From NCBI GenBank assembly GCA_043814055.1, contig JBDRKL010000004.1:80518-144517 (forward strand): 64,000 nucleotides of DNA, written 5' to 3'. The notes below the pieces were generated by a model, which was not told the origin of the DNA, searched no databases, and saw only the letters and a list, made by a program, of their open reading frames with translations. How positions within the stretch are numbered: position 1 is the stretch's first letter; every line of letters begins with the position of its first letter. Origin of the DNA: an archaeon (lineage in GTDB: Archaea > Undinarchaeota > Undinarchaeia > Undinarchaeales > JBDRKL01). The position numbers and the translations under genes are program-made. Of the stretch, positions 63,064 to 64,000 are shown one piece after another.

Positions 63064-63124
63064 CAGCCGCAAAATCGGCTGGCGCTTTGTGCTACGTTCG
63101 CTCACTTCGTTCGCGAAGCAGCAC
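63064..63124 (-). repeat. Multi-hairpin repeat element (type B) between duplicated pheS ends
   Basis: Minus strand GTGCTGC...GTAGCAC stem, linker AAAGCGC, CAGCCGATTTTGCGGCTG abutting the duplicate. Confidence 0.8.
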
Positions 63125-63149
63125 TCTTTAGTTATGTTATTTTGTGATA

Positions 63150-64000
63150 TCATATGTACGCTGTCTCCCTCAGCCATTTCAAATCATTCTTGTAATAAAA
63201 GTATCTGATGTCTTTCAATCCCAAGGCAAGCATTATCGGCCTCTCCAGGCTCAAGCCCCATGCAAGCACAGGCACGTTAATTCCCAAGGGTTCCGTAACC
63301 TCTGGCCGGAATATTCCAGAACCTCCTAACTCAATCCATTCCCCAATTGATTCCATCCAAACCTCGGGTTCAACGCTCATCTCTGTGTACGGGAAATACG
63401 AAGGCCTGAACCTGATTTTTTCAAAGCCCAGCCTCCAGAAGAACTCTTTCAAGTAACCAAGATGGTCCTTGAAAGTTGCGTTCTCATCCACAACAATTCC
63501 GTCAATCTGGGTGAACTCTGGCAAGTGCTTGTAATCAACTGTCTCGTTCCTGAAAGTCCTTCCAATGGAAAAGACCTTCGCGGGCGGCTTGACCTTTGAA
63601 AGCCACCTTGCGGAAACCGCAGTGCAGTGAGTCCTCAAAACAGGGTTCTTTGCAATATCTGGGGTCCACTTATACCCCCAGCCGCTTGAGTTTTTCACGC
63701 CTTTTTCATGCGCGTTTTTGACATTCTCAACTATCTTCGCGTCCGGCAGCTTGGACTCTTTTGGATTCTCTAGGTAAAAAGTGTCTGCCAGGTCGCGGCA
63801 CGGGTGGTCCTGGGGCTGAAACAGCGCGTCAAAGTTCCAGAAGCTTGATTCAACAACCGGCCCGTCTGCCTCTTCAAATCCCATTTGCAAATAAATCTTC
63901 CGTATTTTGTTTGTCGCAATCGTGAGCGGATGCAGCTTGCCGCCAAAAACCTTGGGCACTTCCGCGTTCAAGTCGTATTTCCTGAATTTTTTGCCTTTCC
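63150..64000 (-). CDS. pheS: Phenylalanyl-tRNA synthetase alpha subunit (5' truncated by window edge)
   Basis: FWNFDALFQPQDHP, RNETVD..HLPEF, PSYFPYTE, GGSGIFRPE. Confidence 0.97.
   Translation of the reverse strand, partial: KGKKFRKYDLNAEVPKVFGGKLHPLTIATNKIRKIYLQMGFEEADGPVVESSFWNFDALFQPQDHPCRDLADTFYLENPKESKLPDAKIVENVKNAHEKGVKNSSGWGYKWTPDIAKNPVLRTHCTAVSARWLSKVKPPAKVFSIGRTFRNETVDYKHLPEFTQIDGIVVDENATFKDHLGYLKEFFWRLGFEKIRFRPSYFPYTEMSVEPEVWMESIGEWIELGGSGIFRPEVTEPLGINVPVLAWGLSLERPIMLALGLKDIRYFYYKNDLKWLRETAYI

Noticed and set aside
1-64000. Autonomous mobile element (transposase, integrase, RT, cas1)
   Set aside because: No ORF in the window shows DDE, HUH, tyrosine/serine recombinase, RT or Cas1 motifs; the many remaining short ORFs in the track are antisense or out-of-frame shadows of called genes

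Overview
Archaeal chromosomal segment; a small-genome, DPANN-like lineage is my inference from gene content. Housekeeping genes dominate: archease, rtcB, trkH/trkA, rpl21e-rpoF-DUF655-ksgA, a MacB-type ABC operon, a histone, nre, a YchF/Obg GTPase, ABCE1, kae1, bud32, dus, rdgB, rps15, rps3ae, cca, hjc, hsp20, mtnA, gpmA, minD, pheT and partial pheS. There are four tRNA genes (Thr-GGT and Gly-GCC with introns, Val-GAC, Phe-GAA) and a box C/D sRNA. Two non-coding signals stand out. (1) A family of about 12 short (60-120 nt) multi-hairpin elements with conserved geometry: GGTA, an 8-bp stem with 15-nt loop, a 7-nt linker, then an 18-nt terminal hairpin, with compensatory stem changes. The terminal hairpin repeatedly abuts a direct duplication of a host gene end (endonuclease IV-like gene, archease, nre, C/D sRNA, pheS). 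Where the duplicated ends differ, the differences are mostly synonymous, suggesting allele-swapping of gene termini from related lineages. Related hairpins also occur in a 106-nt tRNA intron. (2) A separately promoted ~310-nt region upstream of cca carrying four tandem covarying 56-58-nt UUCG hairpins (UGG...CCA-CUCUAA) that match no RNA class I recognise. Also present are unannotated highly basic and highly acidic micropeptides, an acidic-tailed histone, and several AT-rich cargo genes. No transposase, integrase, reverse transcriptase or cas gene is visible in the window.
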